NCBI GenBank assembly: GCA_965153455.1
Contig: OZ234493.1
Coordinates: forward strand, 22,620,213 to 22,684,212
Origin: Sphagnum compactum
Lineage: Eukaryota
DNA: 64,000 nt
Reading direction: 5' to 3'
Shown in pieces: positions 61,249-64,000 of the stretch. Made by a program: the position numbers and the translations under genes. The notes under the pieces were generated by a model. It was given only the letters and a program-made list of their open reading frames with translations. It was not told the DNA's origin and made no database searches. Within the stretch, counting starts at the first letter, position 1. The number at the start of each line of letters is the position of its first letter.

Positions 61249-63711
61249 ATGACAGTACGGTGTGGATTGATGTCGGCAAGGATTAGAAGCAGTGCAGAGG
61301 ATGGATCAGGATGTTTTGAGTTACTGGAATTGCCACCAGATACTCTCACAAGTGTGCTTCAGAAGCTCACGTATGAGGATTTGGTTAGGGTGGGTACAAC
61401 ATGCCGCACACTGCGGCAATTGGTGGATGATGACATGATGTGGATTGGTTTTTGCAAGCACTGGGAGAGGCAATTGGATATAACAACATGGCATCCAAGG
61501 ATGAAGTCTGCAAAATCCCTATTTCGGCTGCTCAGGTCCTTTGATAAATTGGTGGGGTCATGGCAAGCCAAGCAGCAGGGTCCTCGTGGAGGTCTTCTCT
61601 ACATCACTTGGGTAGATCCCTCTATTTCACCAAAAGAGAAGAACATTGTAGTCCAGATAATGGGACTGTTTTTAGCTGCTGTTTTGTGTCTGATGTCTGG
61701 AACCAATTTGTGTCTCTGCACTTTTCACTTGGCTGTTGCTACAAGTCATAATTGTAGCTCAAATCTGATATTGTGTAATTTTATCTAGTGGGGTTGAGTT
61801 GTAGAAGAGTTGATATTTTCCTGGGCGGTTGCAGGGTGATGTATCCTTGGAAGCACTAAGAGTCTTGCCTCTAGCTGCAGGTACACTTTACAACTTTTAC
61901 CCTGCGATTGTGTTTTAGGTCTCAATCTCCTGCACATGTTCATCTTGGTAGGCTTTATATGCTGTTTCTGGCTTTTCTCATGTGTTTGAGTGACAGTAGT
62001 AAAGAAACAAAACCAAAGCCTTTTTTTTGCTTGTGGCATTTGTGTTGGTAATAGTGATCATGTCACTGATTATCTACCCTGATTTTGAATAGGTGATCTA
62101 AAGTTTGTGCCACTTTTCCAAGTGGTTGGGATGCTCGATGGGACTTCAAGGGTGGAGTTGCTTAACATGGGTGGTCTGGGGAATCACTGGGAAGTTTGGC
62201 TACCTGGAGCTGTGGTTTGGTCCCCTACCACAGCCAATGAATTTCACTTGGAAAGATTTGAGTGTGGTCATGAACTCCACAGACCTGCAGTAAGTGCTTC
62301 AATGCAGACTGTCTTCTTCTTTGCTTATATATCTCCACACCTCTCTTCTCTAACTGGCAAAGAGAACATAACATAATCACTGGAGGAAAAATCTAAAATA
62401 CTCATTCCCTGGGAGTTGAGGCACTTCTTATCAATGGGGTGAATTAACTCAGAGCAAAGGTGACAACAGTTTTTGTAGGAGTGTATTCACTTTTATGTTG
62501 GGTTGATGCTTCAGCTATGTGACAGCTCATTTAGCTGCAGTTTTGGTATTTCTCTTGTTGGCATTTGAGCCAGATTGACCTGTAACTGTCAATTTTTGTC
62601 AATCAGGCAGCAGAAAACAAGAATGATGTCACCAGGAGGCTCCAGGGTGATGATAGTGAAAGAGAGGTGGATGGAGTGAATGGAGCGGTGATCTGGCCTG
62701 GTAGGAACATTATGGGTATGATGATTGTTGATGAACAGCAAAACCACATGATGCGCTTACTGCAGATGCAGCAAAGGCTGACAGTTCATAACTTGGCTTT
62801 ACGATCTGAACCTGCCATAAATTCAAGGTCGTTGCCTGGTCATAGCATGTCTGAATATGGCCAAGTAAGGGTTTTCTCCTTGCAAAATGATTTCAGATGT
62901 TTCAAGCATTTTATGAACACCAACATGAGAGAAAATGTGGGTTGTTTGGGGGATTTGTTGAAGTGTGTGGGAGTTTTCACCCACTAGTAAAGGGATTCAC
63001 AGCAATCAGCAGAGTGGAAATGTAAATTTGCAGGAGGCTCATTGGCATCTGATGATATATTTTACTACTTTGCTTTTTTGGCAAAGTGAGTTCATTTAGG
63101 TTGCTATATGTTTGATGTGAGCTTTCAAGGTGACCCATGTAGTGTTGCCTTCTGAGCAATTTGGTGTGTTAATGGGCAACCCAATTTTGGCATGCTGCAG
63201 CTGCCAACAAGAAGACAAAGGACCTTGCAGTATCTATTGGGACTTGATCATTTCAGAACCCACCCATCTGCAGATGCTGGTATTCTCCACTTCGTATCTT
63301 AATCACAGCAGGTCACCTGAGTTTGCTATTGCTCTCATTTGAGATTAGGAGCCTGTCTGTGCTAGTTATACAGAAGAGAGTTCAGCTCCAGCTGGAGAGC
63401 TCATATGTTTTAGATGGGTCTCTGGAGAATTCATTGCTCTGTTAGCATATGAAGAGAGTATGGTGAAGATAGTTGTTAAATGAGCTGCATCATTTGGCTG
63501 CAATTGACAACTTGAATGGTGGTTGGTTTAGGAGGCACTAGTGATTGCAGCCAGCAGGAATGCAGATCTGCTTATGCCAAACTTTCTGGCATTGATGCAC
63601 AACCTGGGCAGGAGCTCAGAGGCTTGTGGAGTGCACTTTATGGTCCACATGGCCTTGAAATTGTTACTGTTTCCTACACCAAAGACAACATAGTTGCGAC
63701 CAAGATATTAG
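61249..63711 (+). CDS. F-box protein, FBXO31-like, with DUF3506 (cyclin D1-binding) C-terminal domain; probably continues past the window end
   Basis: Exons 61249-61611, 61835-61880, 62093-62289, 62607-62864, 63201-63279, 63532-63711; phase-consistent, no stop reached. F-box LLELPPDTLTSVLQKLTYEDLVRVGTTCRTLRQLV, then GSWQ..GPRGGLLYI, then GLWSALYGPHGLEIV...VATKILG. Confidence 0.8.
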
Positions 63712-64000
63712 GTAGTGTTTCTCTATTCTTCTGTGTTATTTGGTCCATTTGCTCTTTGATCTAACCTGATCAATTGGACCATGATCTCCTTTTCCTCTGT
63801 TATCTCTCTCTGCCTCTGTTTATAAAGCTGTAAATAGTCAGACAAATTCAGGCTGTCAACTCATTTTCAACAGACCCTTCATTGAACCCCACAAGGCTGT
63901 TGTGCCATGTGTATAAGATTTGCATGGAATGGACAAGTGCAGCAGTTGGGTTGAGCTCTATATTTCATGTTCTTTAGTGAAAGCATCAAGGCCTAGTGGT

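Noticed and set aside
63034-63085. Additional F-box exon
   Set aside because: Has plausible splice sites but does not fit the phase of the flanking exons, which already join in frame without it.
1-64000. tRNA, rRNA, snRNA or snoRNA genes and intact transposons
   Set aside because: No cloverleaf, rRNA-like, USE-TATA or convincing C/D-box structure, and no transposase or RT ORF seen by eye. Small RNAs could be missed without a covariance-model search.

Overview
Eukaryotic land-plant nuclear DNA, most likely a bryophyte (Sphagnum-like; inferred from GT-AG introns, TTTAGGG tracts, AT-rich intergenic DNA and gene content, not proven). I can build eight protein-coding genes by hand: plastid pyruvate kinase beta (+, 12 exons), chlorophyllase (+), a PRONE-domain RopGEF (-), SmD1 (-), a large ~21-exon uncharacterised gene (-, ~1727 aa), intronless-CDS SF3B1 (-), a METTL23-like methyltransferase (-) and a 3'-truncated FBXO31/DUF3506-type F-box gene (+). 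The most interesting object is the large gene at 31249-43569. Once spliced, including a 13-nt microexon needed to keep frame, it encodes a TTC3/DZIP3-like Cys/His domain, an RRM, a DCD domain and a C-terminal IAP/MDM2-type RING finger. That suggests an RNA-binding E3 ligase with an architecture I do not recognise, lying between two core spliceosome genes. Other highlights: a six-copy promoter array whose core recurs upstream of SF3B1, duplicated uORFs before chlorophyllase, and a 21-bp minisatellite plus three palindromes upstream of RopGEF. All exon models and domain calls are manual and from remembered motifs; no searches were run.
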